NCBI GenBank assembly: GCA_910587075.1
Contig: CAJUKE010000011.1
Span: forward strand, 5,071 to 69,070
From: an uncultured Muribaculaceae bacterium
Lineage (GTDB): Bacteria; Bacteroidota; Bacteroidia; Bacteroidales; Muribaculaceae
Length of the DNA: 64,000 bases
Direction of reading: 5' to 3'
The notes beneath the pieces are model-generated. The model ran no database searches and had not been told where the DNA came from. It worked only from the letters and a program-made list of their open reading frames with translations. Made by a program: the position numbers and the translations under genes. Below, one piece after another: positions 1 to 9,513 of this stretch (the first letter of the stretch is position 1; each line of letters opens with the position of its first letter).

Positions 1-2496
1 ATGAAGCGGGCCAACCGCGGCGTGCGCCTATCCGGGGCCACGGCCTCGACAAGAGTGTGGGACGTTACCTCACCCGCGGCGGTGACGCTGGTCGATGCTG
101 AGGCGACCGACGGCACCCTGGTGTGGACCGCCCGCAACACCGACACCCGCCAGTACATAGCCTTCACCCCCTCGGCCGGCAAATTCCCCGTGCCGAAACT
201 CAAGGGTACGGTGGCCAACCAGAACCTCCACGGCATAGCCGACACCCCGGATATGATCATCATCGCGCCCCGCCAGTGGAGCGACCAGGCCGAGCGTCTT
301 GCCGAATACCGCCGCCAGAGCGCCGACTCGCTGAAAGTGCTTGTGCTCGACGCGGATGAAATCTACAACGAATTCTCTTCGGGCACGCCCCATGTGCAGG
401 GTCTGCGCAAGTGCCTGAAGATGTTCTACGACCGCGGGATGGCGGCGGGCAACGCGCCGCGCTTCGCCCTGATGATGGGCCGCGTGTTCTACGACAACCG
501 CCTCCTCACCGCCACCGGGCGCTCCCTTGGCTACCCCATCCTCCCCGGATGGTTCTCGGAGCGCGGACTTAGCGACACCGAAAGCTACACCACCGACGAT
601 ATGCTCGCCTTCCTCGAAGACGGCTCGGGCTCGAATATGGGCAACGACAAGCTGTCGCTCGCGCTGGGGCGCCTCCCGGTGACCTCACGCGCCGATGCCG
701 AGCAAGCCGTTACCAAAATCATAAACTACGAGACCGACGCCCCCTCCGGCACCTGGAAAAACAATATGCTCACGCTGGCCGACGACCAGGACTCGGCGGT
801 GCATATGAAGCAGTCCGACGCCATGTGGAACGCCCTGCTCAAGTCCGAGCACGGCGGCGACGCCTTCTACCGCAAAATCTACACAGACCAGTACGAGCTG
901 GTGTCGAACGTCTACACCCAGGCCCGCACCGAATTCTACCGCGCCCTCGACGAGGGTATCCTCTGGTGGAACTACATAGGCCACGCCTCCCCCACCTCGC
1001 TAACAGCCGAAGGTGTGGTAACCTATACCGACCTTAACGGCCTATACCTGCGCCATCTCCCGGTAATCTACGCCGCGACCTGCGACTTCATGCGCTGGGA
1101 CTCCGGCACGGTTTCCGGCGCCGAAATCCTGTTCAAGAACTCCGACGGCGGCGTGATCGGCGCCATAAGCGCGACCCGCCCGGTGTTCATCACCGAAAAC
1201 GGCTACCTCTCCGAGTCGATGGGCCGCGAGATAATGCTCCGCGACGACAGCGGCAAGCTCCGCCCGCTGGGCGAAATCTACCGCCAGGCCAAAAACAACT
1301 TCTCCAAGGATAAACCCGTCTCCGACACCAACAAGCTCCGCTATGTGCTCCTCGGCGACCCCGCTATGAGGCTCGCGATGCCGGCCCTGCGGCTCGTTGT
1401 CGACGAAATCAACGGCGCGGAGGTGGCCGACCCCGACGACGACTCGAAAGACCCCACCATAATCATGGCCCGCCAGCGGGTCACCATTAAGGGACACATC
1501 GAAAACAGCCGCGGCGAGGCGCTTACCGACTTCACCGGCCAGGTGAACTCGGTGCTCTACGACGCCGACCGCTCCATCACCACCCTCGGCAACGGCGAGA
1601 AGGGTGAACCCTATGCCTTCGACACCCACGGCGGACGACTCCACATGGGTAGCGACTCGATAGTCAACGGCGTGTTCACCATCAACATACCGATGCCCGC
1701 CGAGGTGGCCGACAATTTCCGCACCGCGACCCTCAACATCTACGCCCGCTCGACCGACGGCCGCGAGGGTGCCGGTGTCGACCGCCGCTTCTACGTCTAC
1801 GGCTCCGACCCCGACGCGGAGGAGGACAAGCTCCCCCCGGTGATTGAGAGTATGTACCTCAACCACCCGTCGTTCCGCGACGGCAAGACCGTCAACCAGT
1901 CGCCGATGCTCCTGGCCCGCGTCAGCGACAACCGCGCCATAAACCTCTCGACCTCCGGCGTGGGGCACCAGATGTGCCTCATACTCGACGGGAGCCGCAC
2001 CTACACCGATGTGGCCAATTTCTACACCCCGTTTGCCGACGGCGCCCCCGGCGGCGACATCGCCTACCAGTTTGACAACCTCGCACCGGGGCTGCACACG
2101 CTCAAGCTCAGGGTTTGGGACACGGCGCCGAACTCCGCCGAGGCCGAACTGTCGTTCGTGGTCGAGAGCGACCTCGCCCCCTCGATCCACGAGGTGTACA
2201 CCGACGCGAACCCCGCGCGCGACCACGCCAACTTCTTCGTTACCCACGACCGCCCCGACCAGTCGACCACCGTCACCATCGAAGTGTACGATATGATGGG
2301 GCGCCCGGTATGGAGCAGCACCCGCACCGGCCGCAGCGATATGTTTGAGTCGGCCCCCATCGCCTGGGACCTACGCAACTCGGCAGGCCACAGAGTGCCC
2401 CGCGGCCTCTACATATACCGCGCCACGATCACCGACGACAGCTCCGGCGAGAAGTCGTCGACCGCCTCGCGACGCCTCGCCGTGGCAGCTCCCTGA
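1..2496 (+). CDS. porU: Type IX secretion system sortase PorU (C25 peptidase family), 5' part probably outside the window
   Basis: Gingipain-like C25 motifs (IYNEFSSG, LGRLPV, YIGH catalytic His, ATCDF catalytic Cys, LLGDPA) and a C-terminal T9SS CTD (GLYIYRATI). ORF begins at base 1. Confidence 0.9.
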   Translation: MKRANRGVRLSGATASTRVWDVTSPAAVTLVDAEATDGTLVWTARNTDTRQYIAFTPSAGKFPVPKLKGTVANQNLHGIADTPDMIIIAPRQWSDQAERLAEYRRQSADSLKVLVLDADEIYNEFSSGTPHVQGLRKCLKMFYDRGMAAGNAPRFALMMGRVFYDNRLLTATGRSLGYPILPGWFSERGLSDTESYTTDDMLAFLEDGSGSNMGNDKLSLALGRLPVTSRADAEQAVTKIINYETDAPSGTWKNNMLTLADDQDSAVHMKQSDAMWNALLKSEHGGDAFYRKIYTDQYELVSNVYTQARTEFYRALDEGILWWNYIGHASPTSLTAEGVVTYTDLNGLYLRHLPVIYAATCDFMRWDSGTVSGAEILFKNSDGGVIGAISATRPVFITENGYLSESMGREIMLRDDSGKLRPLGEIYRQAKNNFSKDKPVSDTNKLRYVLLGDPAMRLAMPALRLVVDEINGAEVADPDDDSKDPTIIMARQRVTIKGHIENSRGEALTDFTGQVNSVLYDADRSITTLGNGEKGEPYAFDTHGGRLHMGSDSIVNGVFTINIPMPAEVADNFRTATLNIYARSTDGREGAGVDRRFYVYGSDPDAEEDKLPPVIESMYLNHPSFRDGKTVNQSPMLLARVSDNRAINLSTSGVGHQMCLILDGSRTYTDVANFYTPFADGAPGGDIAYQFDNLAPGLHTLKLRVWDTAPNSAEAELSFVVESDLAPSIHEVYTDANPARDHANFFVTHDRPDQSTTVTIEVYDMMGRPVWSSTRTGRSDMFESAPIAWDLRNSAGHRVPRGLYIYRATITDDSSGEKSSTASRRLAVAAP

Positions 2497-2533
2497 CAAT
2501 AAACAGCAACCTAACTTCTAAAAATATACCGCA

Positions 2534-2977
2534 ATGATTATCGGAACATTGGAAAACGCCGAGCGCTACTATCCGCTCCACCCCGGCTTCAAGCCCCTCT
2601 TTGAATTCGTCAAAGGCAACGACTTCGACAAACTCCCCGCCGGGAAAATCTACCTCCAGGGCAAGGACGTGTTCGTGAACAACGCCACCATCGAGCCCAA
2701 GAAGGCCGAGAACCAGCCCCTGGAGATGCACCGCGACTACATCGACGTGCACATCGCCCTCGAAGACGGCGAAGTGTTCGGCTGGAAGCCCATCGAAAAC
2801 CTCAGCAAGCAGGGCGAATACAACGAGGCCAAGGACTGCGCCCTCGTCGACGATCCCGCCGAAATCTACGTCACCCTCAAAAAGGGCGACTTCGTGATCG
2901 TCTACCCCGAAGACCCCCACGCCCCCAACATCGGCACCTCGACCATCCGCAAAGTCATCGGCAAAATCCGCCTCTGA
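2534..2977 (+). CDS. YhcH/YjgK/YiaL (DUF386) family protein
   Basis: 147 aa; LEMHRDYIDVH and FVIVYPEDPHAP..IRKVIGKI motifs. Confidence 0.88.
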   Translation: MIIGTLENAERYYPLHPGFKPLFEFVKGNDFDKLPAGKIYLQGKDVFVNNATIEPKKAENQPLEMHRDYIDVHIALEDGEVFGWKPIENLSKQGEYNEAKDCALVDDPAEIYVTLKKGDFVIVYPEDPHAPNIGTSTIRKVIGKIRL

Positions 2978-3019
2978 TACCCCCATTCCCCGGCCCACCC
3001 CGGCACGGGCAAAAATACC

Positions 3020-3065
3020 CCGGCACGCGCCCTGCCCCTCGGCTCAGCGCGTGCCGGCTTTCTTT
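3020..3065 (+). terminator. Intrinsic terminator-like hairpin between convergent genes
   Basis: CCGGCACGCGC / GCGCGTGCCGG 11-bp stem followed by CTTTCTTT. Confidence 0.6.
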
Positions 3066-3079
3066 ACGCCCATTTATGC

Positions 3080-4033
3080 TTACGCCATCACCGAAGCGCC
3101 CGCCGAGGCCGCTATAGCTTCGGCCAAAGCGTTCATTGAAAGCGCCTGTGAGCGGCTTACCACAGTTCTTCGCAGTTTGTCGGGCCAAGGGGCGAGCAGC
3201 AACAACCTACCCTCGGCACAAAGATCAAACTCCCGGCCCGCAGGTTTGAAGCGCTCCTCGAACCCCTCGTTGCGAAGAACTATAACGCGGCCACCCATCT
3301 CTATCGCCCGGTTGCGGACCTCCTTTTCTGCCTTACTGATGAACGGCGATACCAGAACTCCCCCGTTGTCTGCGCAGGCCAGCCATTCATCAACCTTACT
3401 GCTTCGGACCTCTTCCGTATCGGCTCTGTGGATAATCACGGCTCTAATATCATAGTCGTGCAGTAGGAATATATTGCCGTAGGCCGCTAACTCCCTGCCG
3501 GCGATTGAGATATGGTTGAATCGCTGGAAAAGGTCAGGGTTCGCGGCCTTTACAGCCGCCCGGCGGGGATTGTCGGCTATGTACCGCGTGGCCGCTACCA
3601 TATGTGCGTCGTCCCAGATAATGCGGTCGTTAAAGCCCCGACAGAAAAGCGATTTTACCTCGTTGTGCCCCCCGAGTAGCGCCCATCGCTTTGAGCAAGC
3701 CCCCTTGAATCCGCCTATATACGCGCCTAATGGTTTTGGCATAGTATGGGTTACCGCTGCGGTGAAGTGTATATGGTCAGGCATTATAACAGAGCCTATA
3801 ATCCAAATATATGGTTGCCGCTCATGAATGCCGAGCATCGCGTCGCGCACGTCCATACCCAAGGGGGTGAGGCTCAATACCCTCCTTTGGAAATCAAATA
3901 CCGCCAACGGCGGTGCTCCCGCTACCCTGGTGATGGTAATCATATACCGCCCCGGCCTGGTGTAGTCATGAAAGAACGCCCTGTGGGTATTCCGGTGTAC
4001 TGGCTCCCGCGACGCGAAACGAGAATTTCTCAT
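3080..4033 (-). CDS. HUH/Y1 tyrosine transposase (RAYT-like) fused to a C-terminal DprA/SMF(SLOG)-like domain
   Basis: N-half: HDY..PGRYMITI, VIMPDHIH (HUH), FNDRII, RYIADNP (catalytic Tyr). C-half: GNIFLL, VLVSPFISKAEK, GGRVIVL, GRLLLLAPW, SMNALA follow the DprA Rossmann-fold pattern. Confidence 0.75.
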   Translation of the reverse strand: MRNSRFASREPVHRNTHRAFFHDYTRPGRYMITITRVAGAPPLAVFDFQRRVLSLTPLGMDVRDAMLGIHERQPYIWIIGSVIMPDHIHFTAAVTHTMPKPLGAYIGGFKGACSKRWALLGGHNEVKSLFCRGFNDRIIWDDAHMVAATRYIADNPRRAAVKAANPDLFQRFNHISIAGRELAAYGNIFLLHDYDIRAVIIHRADTEEVRSSKVDEWLACADNGGVLVSPFISKAEKEVRNRAIEMGGRVIVLRNEGFEERFKPAGREFDLCAEGRLLLLAPWPDKLRRTVVSRSQALSMNALAEAIAASAGASVMA

Positions 4034-4080
4034 TGGTTAAGAGGGTGCTAAGGGTTTAAACTTGGGGGAGTGAATTGAGC

Positions 4081-4123
4081 GCTCGGCTTTCGCCTCGCCA
4101 CAGTGGCGAGGCGAAAGCCGAGC
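4081..4123. repeat. Perfect palindrome, 21-bp arms, 1-nt spacer
   Basis: GCTCGGCTTTCGCCTCGCCAC-A-GTGGCGAGGCGAAAGCCGAGC. Confidence 0.95.
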
Positions 4124-4131
4124 TAAAGAGT

Positions 4132-5211
4132 TTAGGAGGGTGAAGAGGAAGAAGGAGAGGAGGGAGAGGAGGGAGAGGAGGGAGAGGAGGGGGAAGAGGG
4201 GGCGGGAGGGAACGGGAGGGCGCTGAAGGTTTTGCGGCGGAGGAGGTAGTAGGAGAGGATGACGTTGCGGCGCTGGAGGGGTTCGCGGAGGAGGTTTCGG
4301 TCGGGGTGGGTGGTGTAGAGGCGGCGCATACGACGGAAGTCGCGGTGGGCCTTGAGGATGGCGCGGGCGTTGGCGAAATCCAGGGAGGCCATAAATTTGA
4401 ACCAAGCGATGGTGTCGAGGAGCCGCCGGCGCAGAAGGGTACCGAATAGGTCGCGGCGGGGTATGTTCTTATGCAGCAACAGGAGGTTGTTGCGGAAGTT
4501 GAGGTAGGTTTTCCGCGGGTTGGAGGCGGGGAGCGAGCCGCCTCCGAGATGGTAGACACTCGAAGCGGGCACAGCGTCGACGGTGTAGCCCGCGAGCTGT
4601 ATGCGCCAGCAGAGGTCGATTTCCTCCATATGGGCGAAGAATTCCTTATCGAGCCCCCCTACCCTCTCGTAAAGGTCGGAGCGGGTCAGCAGCGCCGCCC
4701 CGGAGGCCCACATAACCTTCATTGGCGTGTCGTACTGGCCGCGGTCGGCCTCGGTGGTGTCGAAAATGCGTCCGCGGCAATAGGGATAGCCGTCGCGGTC
4801 GAGCAGCCCTCCGGCCGCCCCAGCGTATTCAAACGAGCCCTTATCCCTGTAGCTTAATATTTTCGGCTGACAGGCTCCGCACTCAGGGTGCTCGTCCATA
4901 TAGGCAGCGAGCGGCTCCAGCCACCCCGAAGGCACCTCAACGTCGGAGTTTAGGAGCAGCGTCAGTGGGTAGCGCGTGGCCGCGATGGCGCGGTTGTAAC
5001 CCTCGGCGAAACCGTAATTCTCGTCGAACGCGAGTACCTTTACGCCCGGAAACTCCTCCCGGAGCACCGCGAGCGATTCATCGGTACTGCCGTTGTCGGC
5101 CACTATCACGTCGGCCAATCCGGCATCGGTATTGGCAACCACTGAGGGGAGGAACTCGCGAAGCAGTTTCGCCCCGTTCCAGTTAAGGATGATTACCGCT
5201 ATTTTTTTCAT
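4132..5211 (-). CDS. Glycosyltransferase family 2
   Basis: IAVIILNWNG, VADNGSTD, NYGFAEGYN, LLNSD, FFAHMEEIDLCWR; C-terminus runs into a (SSP)n repeat. Confidence 0.92.
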   Translation of the reverse strand: MKKIAVIILNWNGAKLLREFLPSVVANTDAGLADVIVADNGSTDESLAVLREEFPGVKVLAFDENYGFAEGYNRAIAATRYPLTLLLNSDVEVPSGWLEPLAAYMDEHPECGACQPKILSYRDKGSFEYAGAAGGLLDRDGYPYCRGRIFDTTEADRGQYDTPMKVMWASGAALLTRSDLYERVGGLDKEFFAHMEEIDLCWRIQLAGYTVDAVPASSVYHLGGGSLPASNPRKTYLNFRNNLLLLHKNIPRRDLFGTLLRRRLLDTIAWFKFMASLDFANARAILKAHRDFRRMRRLYTTHPDRNLLREPLQRRNVILSYYLLRRKTFSALPFPPAPSSPSSPSSPSSPSSPSSSSPS

Positions 5212-5223
5212 TTTCTTATTATG

Positions 5224-6048
5224 TCAATCCTCCTCGGGAGCCTGCTTCGGCACGAGGGTCGCGCTGAACTCCCAGAGCAGATAAATCGGGATGAATACGG
5301 CGAAGAGCGTGAAGGGGTCGCCCGTGGGGGTAATCACCGCGGCGAGCACCATCAGGGCCACTATGGCGTGGCGGCGGTAAAGCGAGAAGAACCGCCTGGT
5401 GAGCAGCCCCATGCGCCCTAACAGCCAGGCCAGCAGCGGAAGCTCGAACACCACGCCCATCAAAAACACTATGGTGATGAATGTGTCGGTGTAGCTGTCG
5501 AGCGAAATCACGTTCGGCACCAGATCGCTCAGCTGATAGTCGGCCAGGAAGCGCACCGTGAGGGGGAACACCAGGAAGTAGCCCGTGCAGACCCCGAGGT
5601 AGAACATCACCACCCCGAACATAAACGCCGCCGAAGCGCCGCGCCGCTCGCGCGGGTAAAGCCCCGGTTTGATGAAGGTCCAGAAGAGATAAATCACCAC
5701 CGGGAACGAGAGCACCAGCGCGAGCCAGCACGTCATCGACATATGGATGAAGAACTGCGACGCGAGCTGGTAGTTGACCAGCTCGACCGAGAAGTCGCCG
5801 CCGGGGCCATCAATGGCCCCAGGCCACTTGGCCGACAGCCACTCCAGCGCACGGTAGGTAGGGAATCCGGGGGTACAGGGGGCGAGAATCACGCCGTTGA
5901 AAATCTCCGGCATAAAGGCGAAAAGCGCCGCGGCAACCACCGCGAACACGGCGATTGCCTTCAGCAGCACGCCCCGCAGAGCGTCGAGATGGTCCCAGAA
6001 AGTCATCTCCCCGGCCTGGGCGGGGGAGTTTCCGACATTATCCGACAT
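5224..6048 (-). CDS. tatC: Twin-arginine translocase subunit TatC
   Basis: MTFWDHLDALR, FIKPGLYPRE, FELP, RRHAIV, ITPTGDPFTL; multiple TM helices. Confidence 0.95.
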   Translation of the reverse strand: MSDNVGNSPAQAGEMTFWDHLDALRGVLLKAIAVFAVVAAALFAFMPEIFNGVILAPCTPGFPTYRALEWLSAKWPGAIDGPGGDFSVELVNYQLASQFFIHMSMTCWLALVLSFPVVIYLFWTFIKPGLYPRERRGASAAFMFGVVMFYLGVCTGYFLVFPLTVRFLADYQLSDLVPNVISLDSYTDTFITIVFLMGVVFELPLLAWLLGRMGLLTRRFFSLYRRHAIVALMVLAAVITPTGDPFTLFAVFIPIYLLWEFSATLVPKQAPEED

Positions 6049-6063
6049 AGCGGGCGCTCGCTA

Positions 6064-6306
6064 TCACTCAGCCTTAGCGTTCTTGTCGGCACCGGCATCG
6101 TCCTTCTTCCCGACCGGCTTGTTGATTTCCTCGCTCATATCGTTGAGTCCTTCCTTGAAGCCGCGAATACCTTTGCCGAGGCCGCGCATCAGTTCGGGAA
6201 TCTTCTTACCTCCGAACAGGAGCAGTACAAGCAGGGCGATGATGAGCCATTCCCAGCCGCGGAGGCCGCCTAAAAACAGGGGTACAAGAGCGTATATCAT
6301 GTTCAT
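6064..6306 (-). CDS. tatA: Twin-arginine translocase subunit TatA/E
   Basis: EWLII..LLLFGGKKIPELMRGLGKGIRGFK. Confidence 0.95.
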   Translation of the reverse strand: MNMIYALVPLFLGGLRGWEWLIIALLVLLLFGGKKIPELMRGLGKGIRGFKEGLNDMSEEINKPVGKKDDAGADKNAKAE

Positions 6307-6331
6307 ATCGTATGGTTGTATTGTCAGAGTG

Positions 6332-6339
6332 CAAAATTA
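6332..6339 (-). promoter_or_regulatory. Bacteroidetes -7 promoter element for tatAC
   Basis: TAATTTTG on the minus strand upstream of tatA. Confidence 0.55.
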
Positions 6340-6401
6340 CGACAAAATGAGTAAATTCGCGCTAACAGATTCTCTAAATAACTTTAACGCTTTGACGAGC
6401 G

Positions 6402-7181
6402 ATGGCTGAAAGGAAGAAGACAGTGTTTATAACCGGGGGCGCTACAGGCATCGGAGCCGCCTCGGTAAAGAAGTTCATAGCCGAGGGGTGGAACGTGGCT
6501 TTCGCCGACATCAACGAGGAAGCCGCCCGTGCGCTGGCCGAGGAGATCGGCGAGCCCGAGCGCCTGATGTTCAGCGTGGCCGACACCCGCGACCGCGAGG
6601 CCGTGAAGCGTGCGGTCGATGCCGCCGCGGAGCGGTTCGGGTGGATCGACAGCGTGTTTGCCAACGCCGGAATCCACCGCCGCAACTCCCTGCTCGACAT
6701 CACCGACGAGGAGCTCGACCTGATGATACAGACCAACATCTACGGCACCTTCAACACCCTGCGCGTGGCGGTGCCCCGCCTCATCGAGGCCGGAGGGGGC
6801 ACGGTGGTCATCAACGCCTCCGACCAATGGTTCATCGGCAAGGCCAACAGCTTCGGCTACGGCCTCACCAAGGGGGCCCTCGGGCAGATTACCCGCGGCC
6901 TCTCGATCGACTTAGGGCAGTACGGCATCAGGGTTAACGCCGTATGCGCCGGCACGGTGCGCACCCCGCTGGTCGACAGCCTTTTCCAGCGGCTCGAAGC
7001 CGCCGACCCGGAGCACGTCAGCGCCGAAAAACTCTGGGCCGAGGAGAACGCCCTATACCCGCGCGGCCGCGTCGGGGAGCCGGAGGAGATAGCCGAAGTG
7101 GTTTACTTCCTGGCCTCCGACGCCTCAAGCTTCTGCACCGGGGGACATTTCCTGGCCGACGGCGGGCTGGTGGCCCGCTGA
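6402..7181 (+). CDS. SDR family NAD(P)-dependent oxidoreductase
   Basis: TGGATGIG, ANAG, YGLTK (YxxxK), IRVNAVCAG. Confidence 0.92.
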   Translation: MAERKKTVFITGGATGIGAASVKKFIAEGWNVAFADINEEAARALAEEIGEPERLMFSVADTRDREAVKRAVDAAAERFGWIDSVFANAGIHRRNSLLDITDEELDLMIQTNIYGTFNTLRVAVPRLIEAGGGTVVINASDQWFIGKANSFGYGLTKGALGQITRGLSIDLGQYGIRVNAVCAGTVRTPLVDSLFQRLEAADPEHVSAEKLWAEENALYPRGRVGEPEEIAEVVYFLASDASSFCTGGHFLADGGLVAR

Positions 7182-7183
7182 GG

Positions 7184-8038
7184 TCAAAGACCCGCGAGCA
7201 GCGACAGTGCCTCGGCGCGGGACGCGTCGACGAGCGCCGGAACGTGCGCGTCGGAATTGACAAGGATAGTGTTTCCCGCCGCTTTCAGCCGCGCCAGATG
7301 GCGCGGCGCGGGGAAGAAGCGCCCTGTCCCCTCAGGCGCGCCCGCGGGGTGCCCCACGGCGTCGGCCGGAGCGGTTTTGGCGTAAATCTTGGTGTTGACC
7401 TCCACGGCCAGGCGGCGCTCGATAATGAGGTCCACCAATGAATCGACCAGCGAGCGGTACCAGGGTTCCTCCTCGATGCCGGGGCGGTAGGCCGAGGCGT
7501 TCATACCGATTTTGTCGAAATGCCCGATGAAGTCGAACCCGCCCGCCTCGATCATACGGTGGTTCTGCGCGTAGAAAGTCTCCACCACATAGCGTATGTC
7601 GCCCCCGAAGAGGGTTTCCATATTGCGACAGAAGCGTTCGGGGGAGCCGTCGATGTCGACCACCTCCCCGCTCTTTGTCGGGATGAAATGCGCCGAGCCT
7701 ATGCGGAAGTCGAGCGGCAGCTCCTGAAAATACGGGGTCGCGGGTCCCCAGGACTCATCAATAAAGTCAATCTCCATGCCCGCGTAGAAGCGGCAGCGGT
7801 CGCCATACTCGCCGCGTATCCGCTCAACTTCAGCTAAATAGCGGGGCACATTGGCCTCCGACATATTGCAGGGGGAGTAAAACCGCAGGGGGGAGTGTGG
7901 CGAGAAACCATAATGGGTGAACCCGCGGGCCACAACCTCGCGAGCGAACGCCTCCATCTGGGCCCGCCCGTCGCAAAATTCGGTATGTGAGTGAAAACAA
8001 TAGCGGTCGGAGCCGCCCAATTCCTTTATGAAATCCAC
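7184..8038 (-). CDS. PHP-family histidinol-phosphatase-like protein
   Basis: HSHTEFCDG, GFSPHSP, IGSAH, GHFDK, NSDAH metal-binding motifs. Confidence 0.85.
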   Translation of the reverse strand: MDFIKELGGSDRYCFHSHTEFCDGRAQMEAFAREVVARGFTHYGFSPHSPLRFYSPCNMSEANVPRYLAEVERIRGEYGDRCRFYAGMEIDFIDESWGPATPYFQELPLDFRIGSAHFIPTKSGEVVDIDGSPERFCRNMETLFGGDIRYVVETFYAQNHRMIEAGGFDFIGHFDKIGMNASAYRPGIEEEPWYRSLVDSLVDLIIERRLAVEVNTKIYAKTAPADAVGHPAGAPEGTGRFFPAPRHLARLKAAGNTILVNSDAHVPALVDASRAEALSLLAGL

Positions 8039-8064
8039 GATACAACTATTTGGTTAAGAGCCGC

Positions 8065-9513
8065 TCAGTCGGCGGCGAGACGCGCAGCGCCGCGGCGCAT
8101 GGCCGGAAGCCTCGCGGCGAACCAGCAGAGGAGCACCGCCGCCGCGCAACCCCCTATGGCGAGCGACAGCGTCGGGTCGAGGGAGAATCCCTCGGGCGCC
8201 ATAAATATGTAGCTCACAGTAACAACGGTCATAAACAGCGCCGGGAGTAGCGTTATGTAGAAGAAACGGCGGTTGCGGGCCAGGTAGACAGTCACGGCCC
8301 ACAGGGTGAACACCGCCAGCGACTGGTTGCTCCAGGCGAAATAGCGCCATAGCACCTGGAAGTCGACCATCATCACGGCGAACGTCACCGCGAAGAGCGG
8401 CACGCAGATCGCGGCTCGCTTGAGAAACGCCTTCTGGTCGAGGCGCAGCGTGTCGGCCACTATGAGGCGCACCGAGCGCAGGGCCGTGTCGCCGGTGGTA
8501 ATAGGCGCTGCGACCACCCCTATTATGGCGAGCACGCCGCCGAAAGCGCCGAGCCAGCCAATCGAGACATCGTGCACGAGCGTGCCGGGCGTATGGCCTT
8601 CGACGGCCATATACTCGGCGAGCTGCTCATAGCCACCCGTGAAGGCAATCGCCGCGGCGGCCCATATCAGCGCCACCACCCCCTCGGCCACCATAGCGCC
8701 GTAGAACACCGGGCGGGCGAGTTTCTCGCTCTTGAGGCACCGGGCCATCATGGGCGACTGCGTGGCGTGGAAGCCGGAAATCGCGCCACACGCGATGGAG
8801 ATGAACAGCATCGGGAATATGGCGTGGGTAGCGCCCTGCGGGTGGCGGTTATGGAGCCCATCGGCGAGTCCGTCGGGAATCCCGACACCCCCGAAAAGCA
8901 TCACCCCCATCAGCGCCGCGGCCATAAACAGCAGCGCGCCGCCGAAAAGCGGGTAAAGCTTGCCTATCAGCTTGTCGATGGGGAGCATCGTCGCGAGAAG
9001 GTAGTAGAGGAAAATGGCCACGGCCCAGAACGTCACGTCCATATAGCCGGGGGTCATCGAAGCGAGCAGACCCGAGGGGGTGAGCACGAACACCGCGCCC
9101 ACAAGCACAAGGAGCACCACGGAGAACACGCGCATCACCTGACGCGCGCCTCCACCCAACTCATTGCCGACAACTTCGGGGAGCGAGACCCCGCCCTGCC
9201 GCAGCGAGAGCATCGCGGAGGTGAAGTCGTGGACCGCCCCGGCGAATATCGTGCCGAACACGATCCACAGGAACGCGGCCGGGCCGAACATCACCCCCAT
9301 GATGGCGCCGAAAATCGGTCCCACCCCGGCGATGTTTAGAAACTGTATCATGAACACCTTCCAGGTCGGCAGCGGCACGAAGTCGATGCCGTCGGGACGG
9401 CTCATGGCCGGAGTGAGCCGCTTGGGGTCGATGCCGAAAACCTTCTCGACGAGAAGGCCGTAAACGAAATATCCGCCGATGAGGATGGCGAGAGAGAGAA
9501 GGAAAGTTGTCAT
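8065..9513 (-). CDS. cstA: Carbon starvation protein A (CstA) family transporter
   Basis: IQFLNIAGVGPIFG, GAVHD, IACGAISGFHATQSP, AEGVVALIW; polytopic membrane protein. Confidence 0.9.
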   Translation of the reverse strand: MTTFLLSLAILIGGYFVYGLLVEKVFGIDPKRLTPAMSRPDGIDFVPLPTWKVFMIQFLNIAGVGPIFGAIMGVMFGPAAFLWIVFGTIFAGAVHDFTSAMLSLRQGGVSLPEVVGNELGGGARQVMRVFSVVLLVLVGAVFVLTPSGLLASMTPGYMDVTFWAVAIFLYYLLATMLPIDKLIGKLYPLFGGALLFMAAALMGVMLFGGVGIPDGLADGLHNRHPQGATHAIFPMLFISIACGAISGFHATQSPMMARCLKSEKLARPVFYGAMVAEGVVALIWAAAAIAFTGGYEQLAEYMAVEGHTPGTLVHDVSIGWLGAFGGVLAIIGVVAAPITTGDTALRSVRLIVADTLRLDQKAFLKRAAICVPLFAVTFAVMMVDFQVLWRYFAWSNQSLAVFTLWAVTVYLARNRRFFYITLLPALFMTVVTVSYIFMAPEGFSLDPTLSLAIGGCAAAVLLCWFAARLPAMRRGAARLAAD

